Program-made: the position numbers and the translations under genes
The notes under the pieces: generated by a model
Seen by the model: only the letters and a program-made list of their open reading frames with translations
Database searches by the model: none
What the model was told of the DNA's origin: nothing
In this document: positions 18,389 through 27,378 of the stretch, one piece after another
Layout: each line of letters begins with the position of its first letter
Position numbering within the stretch: the first letter of the stretch is position 1
Origin: Candidatus Woesearchaeota archaeon
GTDB taxonomy: Archaea > Nanobdellota > Nanobdellia > SCGC-AAA011-G17 > ARS1403
DNA: 64,000 bases
Assembly (NCBI GenBank): GCA_016188065.1
Contig: JACPIN010000021.1
Location: forward strand, 1,954-65,953
Reading direction: 5' to 3'

Positions 18389-20340
18389 TTTTTTGGGGTA
18401 AACGGGGGCAGATGACGCTGTTTATTATAGCTGGCATAGTTATCCTATTCGCTGCCTTCTTTATTGGCTACTTGCAGAATGAAAATTTTAGGCAGAGAGT
18501 TGAGAGCCAACTCTTTGGAGTTAGCGTTGTTCCTGAGCAGGCGAAAGGAGTTGTGAGCTACATAAATAATTGCATAGAGAACATTGCTAGCGACGGGGTT
18601 GAACTCTTAGGATTTCAGGGAGGGTATCTTGATGTTCCAAATTCTTTGAGTTCGAGAGAGTATTTACAGCCAGATCCTTTAAGCAAAGTTCCTTACTGGG
18701 TTTATGGAAATAAAGTTGTTGTTCCCTCTCCAGGGCAGATGGAATCCCAGTTAAAGAGCTATATAGATAGAAGGGCGAATGTTGAATGTGATTTCAATGC
18801 TTTTAGCGATTATGAATTTAGTTCTGAACAGATATCTACGAATGTTAAAATATCTGACGGAGGGATTTTAGTTAATTTAGATTCTGATATCGATGTTAAT
18901 ATAAAAGACAGTGTTTATTCTTTAGATGATTATATTAGTGCAAGCATTCCTGTTGATTTAAGTTTGTTATATGATCTTGCTGTTGATATTGTTAATAGGG
19001 AAATGAGAGAAGGCAAAATAGGAAGAGCTCCTTTTGAGTTGGCAACAAAGGAGTTGATAGCAAGCCATTCTAAAGATGAAAATAGTAGACTTAGCATTCC
19101 CCCTATTGGTAAATTAGATTTTAGCTGTAATCCTAAAACTTGGCTGATGGAAAATGTGAAAGAGAATATAAAAGAAATTTTGAGTGATAATATGAGATTT
19201 TTGCGTGTTGAAGGTGCTGGTAATCTTGACTATGGGGAGGATTATGTTAACCTATTTGTAGATGATGTTTTTTCGTCAGAACATTTAGATGTTGGGATAG
19301 ATTTTAACTACAATAAAGAATGGCCTTTATTTTTAGACATTTATCCAAGAAATGGAAGGGTGCTGAAACCAGATACTTTGAAAATTGGACTACCGTTTAT
19401 TTCTTTATTCTGTACTACAACATATAACTTTAGATACACTTTAAGATATCCGTTAATGGTTAATTTGGAAAATGACGGGTTTATATTTAGGTTTCCTATT
19501 GAGGTATTTATTTTAGATAATTATGCTGGGAGAGATATTGAAGGGGATGTTTCTCGTGTCAGTTTTGCTGACATAGAAAGTGAATTTTGTAATAAAGGGC
19601 AGAGATTGAGTGAAGACATAAACATTGTTACAATTGATGCAACTAATAGACAACCGCTGTCTGATGTTCAAGTTATGTATGTTTGCGGTGTAAACAACTG
19701 CGTTATTGGAGATACTAAATTGGAAAGTGGAGAGGTTAGACTTAATAGTAAATTTCCTTTGTGTTACAATGGTGAGATAAGATTAAGCAAGGAAGGTTAT
19801 GGAGAGTTTACTCAGGAATTAACAACTCTAAATTCTAAAAGCACGAGAATATTTGGCGTTATGAAACCTTTTATAGAAAAAGAAATTGAGCTTAGAGTTA
19901 TTGATCTTAGCGATGGGATTACTAGTGTAAGAGAGTTAAATGAAAATGAGATAGCTAGTGTGCAGTTTAATATTTTGGAGAATGGCATGATTAAAAATCA
20001 GATTGGTGTTGTATTCGAAGGGGATGGTATCGAGAAAATTGAGTTGTTGCCTGAGCAAGAATATAATATTTTGATAAATTTAGTTTTGAATGATAAAGTT
20101 GTTATTCCTAAAGGTAAATATGGAGAACAAGAAATTCCCTCTCAGGAATTGGAAAATATTTTGCTAGGTGGAGCAGATTTCAATGCTTACACCTCAGAGG
20201 AGGATTTGATGAAGGACAAGATAATTATTTTTGCCTTGTCTAATGGTATTCCGAAAAATTATCAGGACTATATTGAGGGCTTTGATATGAAAGCATTAAG
20301 CGAATTAAATCAAGATAAACTGGAGTTGAGGTTTGAATGA
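18385..20340 (+). CDS. large (651 aa) class III signal peptide protein, paralogous at its N-terminus to 6433..7212
   Basis: 'GKRGQMTLFIIAGIVILFAAFFIGY' versus 'EKRGQSTIFIIAGIVIVIAAVLVVF'. Confidence 0.7.
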   Translation: MIFWGKRGQMTLFIIAGIVILFAAFFIGYLQNENFRQRVESQLFGVSVVPEQAKGVVSYINNCIENIASDGVELLGFQGGYLDVPNSLSSREYLQPDPLSKVPYWVYGNKVVVPSPGQMESQLKSYIDRRANVECDFNAFSDYEFSSEQISTNVKISDGGILVNLDSDIDVNIKDSVYSLDDYISASIPVDLSLLYDLAVDIVNREMREGKIGRAPFELATKELIASHSKDENSRLSIPPIGKLDFSCNPKTWLMENVKENIKEILSDNMRFLRVEGAGNLDYGEDYVNLFVDDVFSSEHLDVGIDFNYNKEWPLFLDIYPRNGRVLKPDTLKIGLPFISLFCTTTYNFRYTLRYPLMVNLENDGFIFRFPIEVFILDNYAGRDIEGDVSRVSFADIESEFCNKGQRLSEDINIVTIDATNRQPLSDVQVMYVCGVNNCVIGDTKLESGEVRLNSKFPLCYNGEIRLSKEGYGEFTQELTTLNSKSTRIFGVMKPFIEKEIELRVIDLSDGITSVRELNENEIASVQFNILENGMIKNQIGVVFEGDGIEKIELLPEQEYNILINLVLNDKVVIPKGKYGEQEIPSQELENILLGGADFNAYTSEEDLMKDKIIIFALSNGIPKNYQDYIEGFDMKALSELNQDKLELRFE

Positions 20341-23300
20341 GATTAAAAATAATTGCTTTGCTTATTGTACTTTTAATAGCAGGAGTTAACTTTCATGCAT
20401 CTATTGCTTTAGCCCAGATTCAAGGAAGCACTGGAAGTCCTCAATTTGGTAATGCTTATGACAGCGATAGTGACGGGATATGTGATGCGCCTAGAGGAAG
20501 TGCAAAGCATCAGGGACAAAGTGGATTTAGTTCACTTGGATGCAATGATAATGCATATGGTGATTTGTGCCCTGGTACCTTTTTGAATGATAGGCCTGTT
20601 GGAAGTAGCTCTACTAATAGCGGATGTGGTCCGAGCCAGACTGCTAGATTGATAAATTTTTGGAGTGTTTCGAGAGGCGAATTAACGCCTAAAACATTAA
20701 AAGTAAATTGGATTACCGATACTAGAAATGGTGTTTTGGTTTATCAAATAATTAACCTTATTAGAAATCCTGTATTTTCTAATCGCAAGATTGAGTTGAG
20801 AGATGTTAGTGTAAGCTGTGATTCTGGGACTGGGATAGATAAAACTAGTGGGCAGTATAGGGAAATTCCTGGGGGGTTTATTTCTGATGCTAGAATTGTT
20901 CCTGCGGATGATACGCAAAATGAGGGGAGAGCGATTCAGTTTAGTGTGAGACAGAGATCTGATCAAGATGTGAGAACTAAGAGTGCAATTGCCCTTGCTT
21001 CAGAAAGGATAAAAGGCATAGATGAAATTAAAACAACTTGTAGAATAACAATAAACCAATGTGAGAAAGATGGTAAAACAGGAGACTGTTTTCCAATGTA
21101 TCCTGCTGAACAAGATGAAATAGATTTTTTTATTCCTATTGATACTTTGGCTGTTCAGCCTCCAGAGTTTGCATTGGCTGCTGGCATTGATTTTGCTGAA
21201 AAGACAATTAAGATTACAGATGATTTGATTCATAAGTTTACTAAGATTTATCAATTTACATTAAAGTGGTGCAGTTATTCTATTGCTGCTGTATTGGCTA
21301 CTAAGTTTCTGAAATTTATTACCGGTGGTTTTGGTGATTTAGCCGAGTTGATTTGGTATGGCCCTGAAGGATTGAGGAGATTTGGTTTTGAAGAGAAGAG
21401 CTTTGTTATAAGTGGGAGAAGTATGTGTGCTGCTGCTCTCTGTCCTAAGAACTGGTGTAAGTTTGCCAATATTGAAACTGGTCAGAAGCAAGTTCAGGAA
21501 TATGTTGATTTGGATAAGGATGGAAAACCAGAGACACCTGTATGGGAGCAAGATGAGAAAGGGAATATTAAATATTATCCTGGAAAAGATGGAGGAATAA
21601 CAACTACTCCAATTCCCAAACTAACAAGTCAAAAAATTACATTAGGAAGCAAAACTGTAAATATTCAGGATAGTTTAATCTTGAGTGCTGGATGTGGCTG
21701 TATTAGTGGAATTTTAACTAATTTATATGAGATTAGAGCTATTGCCGATTCTTGGAGAACTTGTTTGCTTGAGGCTAAGACTGGAGGGGCTTATACTGCC
21801 AGATGTGATCAGTTATTGAATCATGGAATTTGCAAATTTGTTTTACAGGAGCTTGATTCTTTCCATGGAACTGATTTATTAAAGAGAGCGTTTAGCGTTG
21901 ACAAAGGGGGGGTTCTAGGTGATGGAGAAACTAGAGGTGCGACTGAAGATGCCAGAATAGCCCAAGGACTAAAAGAAAAAGTTAAAGACTCTGTAGATGA
22001 TGCTAAGAGGTTTGCTAAGGATGATTTGGTTGAATTAGGAATGGCAGCTGGCGGTGGTGTTTTGGGTTATAATGAATTGCAATTAGAGAGTACAATTTGT
22101 TCACTTGCAATATATCAAAGACTTCCACAGATAGATGCATTTACAAGATTTGATTTTAACAGACCTGTATTAAAAACAAGCATTTCATTAAACTGGGATT
22201 CTAAACCTTTATTCCAAACGCCTACAGGAGAAAGGATGTTTGAGTATAGTCTTGACTGGATGATTTTAGCTGGAAGGGATAATTTGAGATATGAAGTTTA
22301 TTTGGAATCTTTTGATGGAAAGAGAAGCCCGAGATTGGATAGACAAAGCGGTTATTTGAATAGAGCAGGTGATTATCATAGTGACTTTGTTCAGATTTTA
22401 GACACTACTGATTATACAAGGGCATGTGTTAGCATTCCTAATGAATTTCCTGAACCGAGATGTTTCCCAATTGGGAAGGGAGGAGACGATACTATTTTTG
22501 GCGAGTTTAAAGTATATGGTGTTGAGTTAGATACAGATAAGGATGGGATGCCGGATGAATGGGAATTAGAAATGGGATTTAAACCCGATGATGCAAGAGA
22601 TGCTGCTCAAGATGAAGACATGGATGGTTTGAGTAATTTGAGAGAATATTCTTTAGGAACAAATCCTAAATCTGCTGATGATCCTGGTAACAAGCCGCTT
22701 AGTGTCGAATTTGCTCGAAGTGATTGCAGGGCAGTGTTCAATAAAGACATTGAATTCCTTGGCAAGACTGAAATTATTCCTCGATATCAACTAGGAGATA
22801 TGATTGAAGTAAATCCGGTTAGTTTAGTAACTATAACAAGGCCTAGCGACGGGGTGCAGATAAAAGTAGAGATTACTGGTGAGGGTGTTAATTTCAATAA
22901 AATTGTTAGAATTAATGCTCATGATGTTGCCAATAATGCCCGGTTTGTTGTGTGGGGTATTCCCAAAATAGGAGCAGAGGTTCCTTATGGTGGTATGTAT
23001 AATATTAAATTTAGTCTAGTTAAAAGTGCTGCTCTGAGCGATCCGTTATGTGGAGATGAAAGAGGATTAACTATTAATTCAATAAGGGAAAAAAAGATTG
23101 TTATTTATGATCCGGCTTTTAGCGGTTGTTCTGATTTTGGCGGGCATGATATCTCAAGACAGCAAGCTTGTATTTCTGGAAACGGAAACGTTCAAATTAA
23201 AATTGATGAATGCGTAGCTGATGGAAAACTTGTTGAGTATTCTTGCAAGGAAAATCAATGCGTTTCACAACTTGTTGGATGCCCTACTGGAAGTGTTTGC

Positions 23301-23981
23301 CAGAATGGAAGGTGTACTTTAGCAAAAGAAGTTAAGATCCCTATTATCCCTATTCCAACTGAGCCTGCTAAAGTTATTCCTGTACCTACACTTATTCCTC
23401 CCGGACCTTATGCTACAGAGCCTACGACTGGTACTATCTTTGAACAAACCAAAACCAATCTGGGCTATCCCGGAGGAGAGACATTTAATTATGTTAGGAA
23501 TACTGTGAAAGAGATTTTTGGTGATTCAGCAGCTACAGCATTACCTTTAATATTAGGAATGATTACCCAGGAATCAAAGGGAAACAGAGAAACCAAGCCG
23601 TCTTCAAAAGGAGCAATCGGTTTAATGCAGATTATGCCTGACGCTCAGAGTGATGTTAACTCTTACTTAAGAGGAAAAGGGATACAAGCAACTAAGGAAC
23701 GGGGGATATGGCAGGACAATGTTTATATCGGAGTTTTGTATTTCAAATTTCAAATTGATAAATATAAAGATTTTAAGTCTCAAACTGACAACTATAATGA
23801 GGTTAAATTAGCATTGGCTGCTTATAATGCCGGACCTGGATTTGTCGACAGAGCATGTACTACTCTTAAAAATTTTGAAGAGTGCAAATCTTTCTTGCCG
23901 AAGGAAACTCAAAATTATGTACCTTCTGTTATGAAGCATGCAGAGGCATGGAGAGGAGAGCTTAAAATACCTGGTGTTTGA
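20337..23981 (+). CDS. 1214-aa secreted protein with TSP3-like Ca-binding repeats and a C-terminal lytic transglycosylase (SLT/GH23) domain
   Basis: Signal peptide; 'DTDKDGMPDEWE...DEDMDGLSNLREYSLGTNP'; 'GMITQESKGN', 'GAIGLMQIMP', 'LAAYNAGPGFV'. Confidence 0.8.
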   Translation: MRLKIIALLIVLLIAGVNFHASIALAQIQGSTGSPQFGNAYDSDSDGICDAPRGSAKHQGQSGFSSLGCNDNAYGDLCPGTFLNDRPVGSSSTNSGCGPSQTARLINFWSVSRGELTPKTLKVNWITDTRNGVLVYQIINLIRNPVFSNRKIELRDVSVSCDSGTGIDKTSGQYREIPGGFISDARIVPADDTQNEGRAIQFSVRQRSDQDVRTKSAIALASERIKGIDEIKTTCRITINQCEKDGKTGDCFPMYPAEQDEIDFFIPIDTLAVQPPEFALAAGIDFAEKTIKITDDLIHKFTKIYQFTLKWCSYSIAAVLATKFLKFITGGFGDLAELIWYGPEGLRRFGFEEKSFVISGRSMCAAALCPKNWCKFANIETGQKQVQEYVDLDKDGKPETPVWEQDEKGNIKYYPGKDGGITTTPIPKLTSQKITLGSKTVNIQDSLILSAGCGCISGILTNLYEIRAIADSWRTCLLEAKTGGAYTARCDQLLNHGICKFVLQELDSFHGTDLLKRAFSVDKGGVLGDGETRGATEDARIAQGLKEKVKDSVDDAKRFAKDDLVELGMAAGGGVLGYNELQLESTICSLAIYQRLPQIDAFTRFDFNRPVLKTSISLNWDSKPLFQTPTGERMFEYSLDWMILAGRDNLRYEVYLESFDGKRSPRLDRQSGYLNRAGDYHSDFVQILDTTDYTRACVSIPNEFPEPRCFPIGKGGDDTIFGEFKVYGVELDTDKDGMPDEWELEMGFKPDDARDAAQDEDMDGLSNLREYSLGTNPKSADDPGNKPLSVEFARSDCRAVFNKDIEFLGKTEIIPRYQLGDMIEVNPVSLVTITRPSDGVQIKVEITGEGVNFNKIVRINAHDVANNARFVVWGIPKIGAEVPYGGMYNIKFSLVKSAALSDPLCGDERGLTINSIREKKIVIYDPAFSGCSDFGGHDISRQQACISGNGNVQIKIDECVADGKLVEYSCKENQCVSQLVGCPTGSVCQNGRCTLAKEVKIPIIPIPTEPAKVIPVPTLIPPGPYATEPTTGTIFEQTKTNLGYPGGETFNYVRNTVKEIFGDSAATALPLILGMITQESKGNRETKPSSKGAIGLMQIMPDAQSDVNSYLRGKGIQATKERGIWQDNVYIGVLYFKFQIDKYKDFKSQTDNYNEVKLALAAYNAGPGFVDRACTTLKNFEECKSFLPKETQNYVPSVMKHAEAWRGELKIPGV

Positions 23982-24784
23982 TTATGAATTTGAATTTTTT
24001 AAAATTATTTCTGGAAAGCCTGAAAATATTAAAGAACAAGAAAATATTTGCCTTATTCGGAATTGAGTTTCTTTTCTTTTTGTTATTGATGATTCTTGCT
24101 TTAGTAACGGTGACTTCTGTTGCTGAAGACGTTAATCAACTAAGAAATTTCCAGCAGGAATTTACTGTCGATGAGAATGCGAGCGCGAATTATCTGTATG
24201 AAAATCTTCTTTCTCTTTCCAATATATTAAATGACCTTATCAAAATAGTTATTGCTGCATTTATAATCCTCTTCTTTATCTCGGGTTTATTTAATGGGAT
24301 TTTATGGAAAGCGAGCGTTAATTTGATACATGGAAAACCACTGTTTAAAGATTATAATAAAAGATATTTCCTTAATTTTTTCTTGTTAACTTTCATTTGG
24401 TTTGTTGCTTTTGCTGGTGTGTTTTACTTACTTTATCAATATGGATTCAGCTATGGCGTTTTTGCAATAATTTTAATTTTGTTTTTCTATTCTGCTTGGA
24501 TTAATTTTAGCTGTTATGCGCTTGATAAAAACTTCAGTTCAATTATGAGGGGATTTGTTTTTGCAATAAAGAAACTTTATATTTTTGTACCTGCCTTTGT
24601 GCTGCTTGCAGTTATTTTATTTTTAGGCTCTTATGCTTTTGGAGTGTTTAATAATTTTTTTGTTTCTTTTTTGGCAAGTATATTTTTAGTATTTATTTTT
24701 GCATGGTTCAGAATTTTCTTGATAACGATTTGCGGGGAACAGGATTCGAAACCTGCCAAGAAATCTGCTGATAATAAATATTAA
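23978..24784 (+). CDS. multi-pass membrane protein, last gene of the cluster
   Basis: about six hydrophobic helices; start overlaps the upstream stop. Confidence 0.6.
   Translation: MIMNLNFLKLFLESLKILKNKKIFALFGIEFLFFLLLMILALVTVTSVAEDVNQLRNFQQEFTVDENASANYLYENLLSLSNILNDLIKIVIAAFIILFFISGLFNGILWKASVNLIHGKPLFKDYNKRYFLNFFLLTFIWFVAFAGVFYLLYQYGFSYGVFAIILILFFYSAWINFSCYALDKNFSSIMRGFVFAIKKLYIFVPAFVLLAVILFLGSYAFGVFNNFFVSFLASIFLVFIFAWFRIFLITICGEQDSKPAKKSADNKY
24732..24757. repeat. degenerate copy of the 3' end (acceptor plus T-arm) of the nearby tRNA-Leu gene; candidate att-type direct repeat
   Basis: 'gcggggaacaggattcgaaacctg' versus 'gcgggagacaggattcgaacctg' at 25441; same orientation. Confidence 0.5.
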
Positions 24785-25203
24785 ATGATTCTTGTAATGC
24801 TTACGCTCTTACTATCATTAAATAAGATTTTAAAATGCTCAAATACTCCTCTTGTTCCAACAACAACCTCTTGTTCTTCAGGATCCTGCATTACAGCAAT
24901 TGGAACATCATGTAGAACTTCATCTAGTCTCTGTACTTTACCTTTAAAGATAATTGTCACTTTACTATTTTTTATTTTTCCTATTCCTTTATAACCAATC
25001 ATCTCACTTTCTTCATTTTCAATTTCTAAGTCTAAAAAATCAGCAATCGCCTTAGGTACTGTGGTGATATCGCTTCCTGAATCAAGAATCACAGAGAATT
25101 CCATAGACTTATTTCCTTTCTTTAGTACAATATCAATTAGCGGTCTTTTAATATAGGTACCATTTTCTAATTTAAATTTTCTGAATCTATAAACTAAAGA
25201 CAT
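24781..25203 (-). CDS. retropepsin-like (clan AA) aspartyl protease
   Basis: 'VILDSGSDITTVP' active-site D-S/T-G; 140 aa. Confidence 0.65.
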   Translation of the reverse strand: MSLVYRFRKFKLENGTYIKRPLIDIVLKKGNKSMEFSVILDSGSDITTVPKAIADFLDLEIENEESEMIGYKGIGKIKNSKVTIIFKGKVQRLDEVLHDVPIAVMQDPEEQEVVVGTRGVFEHFKILFNDSKSVSITRII

Positions 25204-25204
25204 C

Positions 25205-25405
25205 TTAAGAATGTAATCTTAACAGCTTATTTGTAATCCTAGCAAACATTGGTCTAGATTTTGGGTGTTTATCTTTAATCTTATACAATAAGGTGCCTAT
25301 TTTAACATCACTATCTAAAACTTTTTTATTTTCTATAGCAATCCATTTACCAGAATATTCATCTAAATCAGTTTCAATAAACCAGTCATAATCTGTTTTT
25401 ACCAT
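25205..25405 (-). CDS. small partner protein (DUF5678-like, from memory)
   Basis: 'SGKWIAIENKKVLDSD...'; 1-nt spacing to the protease gene. Confidence 0.5.
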   Translation of the reverse strand: MVKTDYDWFIETDLDEYSGKWIAIENKKVLDSDVKIGTLLYKIKDKHPKSRPMFARITNKLLRLHS

Positions 25406-25440
25406 TTTAATAATGAATGATTTCAGTCTTTTTAAATATT

Positions 25441-25537
25441 GCGGGAGACAGGATTCGAACCTGTGAAGGCACTAAGCCATATGGTTTCTTTGAGATTTAC
25501 CTAAGCCATACCCGTTTGGCCACTCCGGCACTCCCGC
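25441..25537 (-). tRNA. tRNA-Leu (anticodon UAG), type II, with a 14-nt intron at the canonical 37/38 position
   Basis: Hand fold: acceptor GCGGGAG/CTCCCGC, 3-bp D stem, anticodon stem TATGG/CCATA, loop CT-TAG-G|intron|A, variable arm GGC-TTAGT-GCC, T arm ACAGG-TTCGAAT-CCTGT. Confidence 0.85.
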
Positions 25538-25595
25538 ATTCAAACTTTTAGAAAAAGTTTGGACAAAAATATATAGAATTAGCTGTTTTAAAAAG

Positions 25596-25790
25596 TTATT
25601 TCTTTTTTATTTCCAGATAGTCTTTTCTTGAAATCTTGAAACTTTTCGCATTTTTTATTTGGCTGTCAATTAGTAGTTTTTGCTGCCTGCTCCAAACTTC
25701 ATCAGGATTGTTTTTTACGAAGTCTGCCCAGTATTCTACAAAATTCATCCTTTCCTGCTTGTTATCCTTATCTGTTTTTAGTTTTTGCAT
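25596..25790 (-). CDS. hypothetical small protein
   Basis: ORF only; overlaps the end of the upstream NTase-like gene. Confidence 0.4.
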   Translation of the reverse strand: MQKLKTDKDNKQERMNFVEYWADFVKNNPDEVWSRQQKLLIDSQIKNAKSFKISRKDYLEIKKK

Positions 25791-26352
25791 TTTCTATCGT
25801 TATTCTATATTCTTTTACTTTATTATAATTTATGTTTTCTTTAAATAACTTTTCTATGTGTTTAGCGTCTTCCAAATCTTTGTCTGATTTTAGATAATAT
25901 TTTTTGAAAGCGATTTGCCTTTCTAATGAAGATATTTTTAATTCTCCTAATGTAGTTTTTACTATTACTGAATCTTTAAATGCTTCTTTGGCTAATAGTG
26001 TTTTTGCAAATTTTATCTCGAAATTCGGAATTGCCTGATCTTTGATTGCAACCCTTATTGGAAGCCCATCTTTCAGATAACTGTATATTTCATTTACCTC
26101 GTCACTATTTAAGCACCAATATTTTTCTTCTATCTCTTGATATAATTTTATGAAACTTTCTTTGGTAGCCTCCTCAATAAAAACATCTATATCCTCTGTT
26201 CCTCTCGCTCTTCCGAATAAAAGAGAGACATAACCGCTTATTATGACATAATCTGTGTGTTTTTTAAGAATTTTTATGAAGTCTAAGACAAATTTGTCCA
26301 ATTCATTTAATTCCTTGTCCAGTTTTATTGTATTTTTGCCGAGAAACTTCAT
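25768..26352 (-). CDS. nucleotidyltransferase-fold protein, paralog-like to 5552..6190
   Basis: 'VIISGYVSLLFGRARGTEDIDVFIE'. Confidence 0.5.
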   Translation of the reverse strand: MKFLGKNTIKLDKELNELDKFVLDFIKILKKHTDYVIISGYVSLLFGRARGTEDIDVFIEEATKESFIKLYQEIEEKYWCLNSDEVNEIYSYLKDGLPIRVAIKDQAIPNFEIKFAKTLLAKEAFKDSVIVKTTLGELKISSLERQIAFKKYYLKSDKDLEDAKHIEKLFKENINYNKVKEYRITIENAKTKNR

Positions 26353-26383
26353 TAAAACAGTGTAGAAGTAAAATTATAAAAAG

Positions 26384-26551
26384 TTATTTCTTTTTCTGCC
26401 ATGCATATTTTCTTAATCTTGAGGATTTTCCATAACCGCAGTAAGAGCACCTCTTCTCCCTAATGTGGTAGCTGTGCTTTCCGCATCGCCTGCATCTAAT
26501 ATGCGTTTTCTTCCCGGATTTTTTCCCCATTGAGGGGGTGCCCTTTGTCAT
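26384..26551 (-). CDS. rpl37e: 50S ribosomal protein L37e (55 aa; not in the ORF track)
   Basis: Translates to '[55 protein letters not shown]'; C4 zinc knuckle; ATGA overlap with the upstream gene; near LSm as is usual in archaea. Confidence 0.9.
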   Translation of the reverse strand: MTKGTPSMGKKSGKKTHIRCRRCGKHSYHIREKRCSYCGYGKSSRLRKYAWQKKK

Positions 26552-26832
26552 CTTCTAACCTTGTTATAGATTTTTATGATAATACAAGTAATGATATAAA
26601 CCATTATAATGTTTAAAATCATAAAACTAAATGAAAAACCCGAATCTACATATGCTCCGGCTGGTCCGAAATTTCCTCCTGCATTATAAAACGGAATTGG
26701 AAATCCATACTTATCGGGACAGTCATAACATTGTCCTAAACTTAAAATACTAAAGTTTTTTATAAGGCTTAGTCCGAATAAGATTACAAACATGATTAGT
26801 TTTTCTTTGTTTGGATTGAAAAATTCTTTCAT
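26548..26832 (-). CDS. small membrane protein
   Basis: two hydrophobic helices; lies between LSm and L37e. Confidence 0.5.
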   Translation of the reverse strand: MKEFFNPNKEKLIMFVILFGLSLIKNFSILSLGQCYDCPDKYGFPIPFYNAGGNFGPAGAYVDSGFSFSFMILNIIMVYIITCIIIKIYNKVRR

Positions 26833-26837
26833 TTTAT

Positions 26838-27068
26838 TTACTCTGAAGGAGAAATCAGAATTATTGTGTCCCCGCGGATAAATGCGGGGCCTAATTTTCT
26901 TTTCAACTCACTATCCTGATATTCTTCTGCTCCGTCTAATGTTACGTTAATATGAATGTCAAATGCCCTTAATATCCCTCTGATTTGCTTTCCGTTTTTC
27001 AATTCAACTATGACTTTTTTATCTCGGGCTTTGTTTAATGTGTCTAGCGGCCTTGAGCTTGTCTCCAT
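26838..27068 (-). CDS. Sm-like (LSm) protein
   Basis: 'KVIVELKNGKQIRGILRAFDIHINVTLDGAEE...FIRGDTIILI' Sm1/Sm2 motifs. Confidence 0.88.
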   Translation of the reverse strand: METSSRPLDTLNKARDKKVIVELKNGKQIRGILRAFDIHINVTLDGAEEYQDSELKRKLGPAFIRGDTIILISPSE

Positions 27069-27290
27069 GTAATTCCCTCCTGATTCTCTCGTAATAAGAG
27101 TGTATTTAAAACTTGCTAATCTCTTGCGTTAAGCAGGATTTAAAAATATATCCTAAATGGACAACAAAGCGATTAAAACTTATTATTTTATTATTCTTAG
27201 AATTAATAGGAAGCCTGGCATTACCCTACAGAGCCATACCAGCGCAGAAAACCGATAAATTTTTATAGGTCCTTTTATTATATAAATTGC

Positions 27291-27378
27291 AATAGGGAAA
27301 AGCGACCTGACGAATCCCGTGCTCCGTAAGGATGATGCGGTTAGTAGGATAGATGGACGCCCTTACCCTATTATTACA
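27291..27378 (+). ncRNA. candidate structured small RNA, possibly an H/ACA-type guide
   Basis: GC-rich island in an AT-rich spacer; closing stem AAUAGGG/CCCUAUU; internal GUAA-capped hairpin; 'GAUGAUG' K-turn-like element; ACA 3 nt after the stem; TTTTTATA box about 25 nt upstream. Confidence 0.3.

Noticed and set aside
27205-27330. Possible 5S rRNA: 'gcctggca...gccataccagcgcagaaaacc' resembles the 5' helix I and loop B/C region of 5S
   Set aside because: No complementary 'gccaggc' 3' strand occurs within ~120 nt, and an AT-rich promoter-like stretch interrupts the region. I kept it only as an unassigned GC-rich island.
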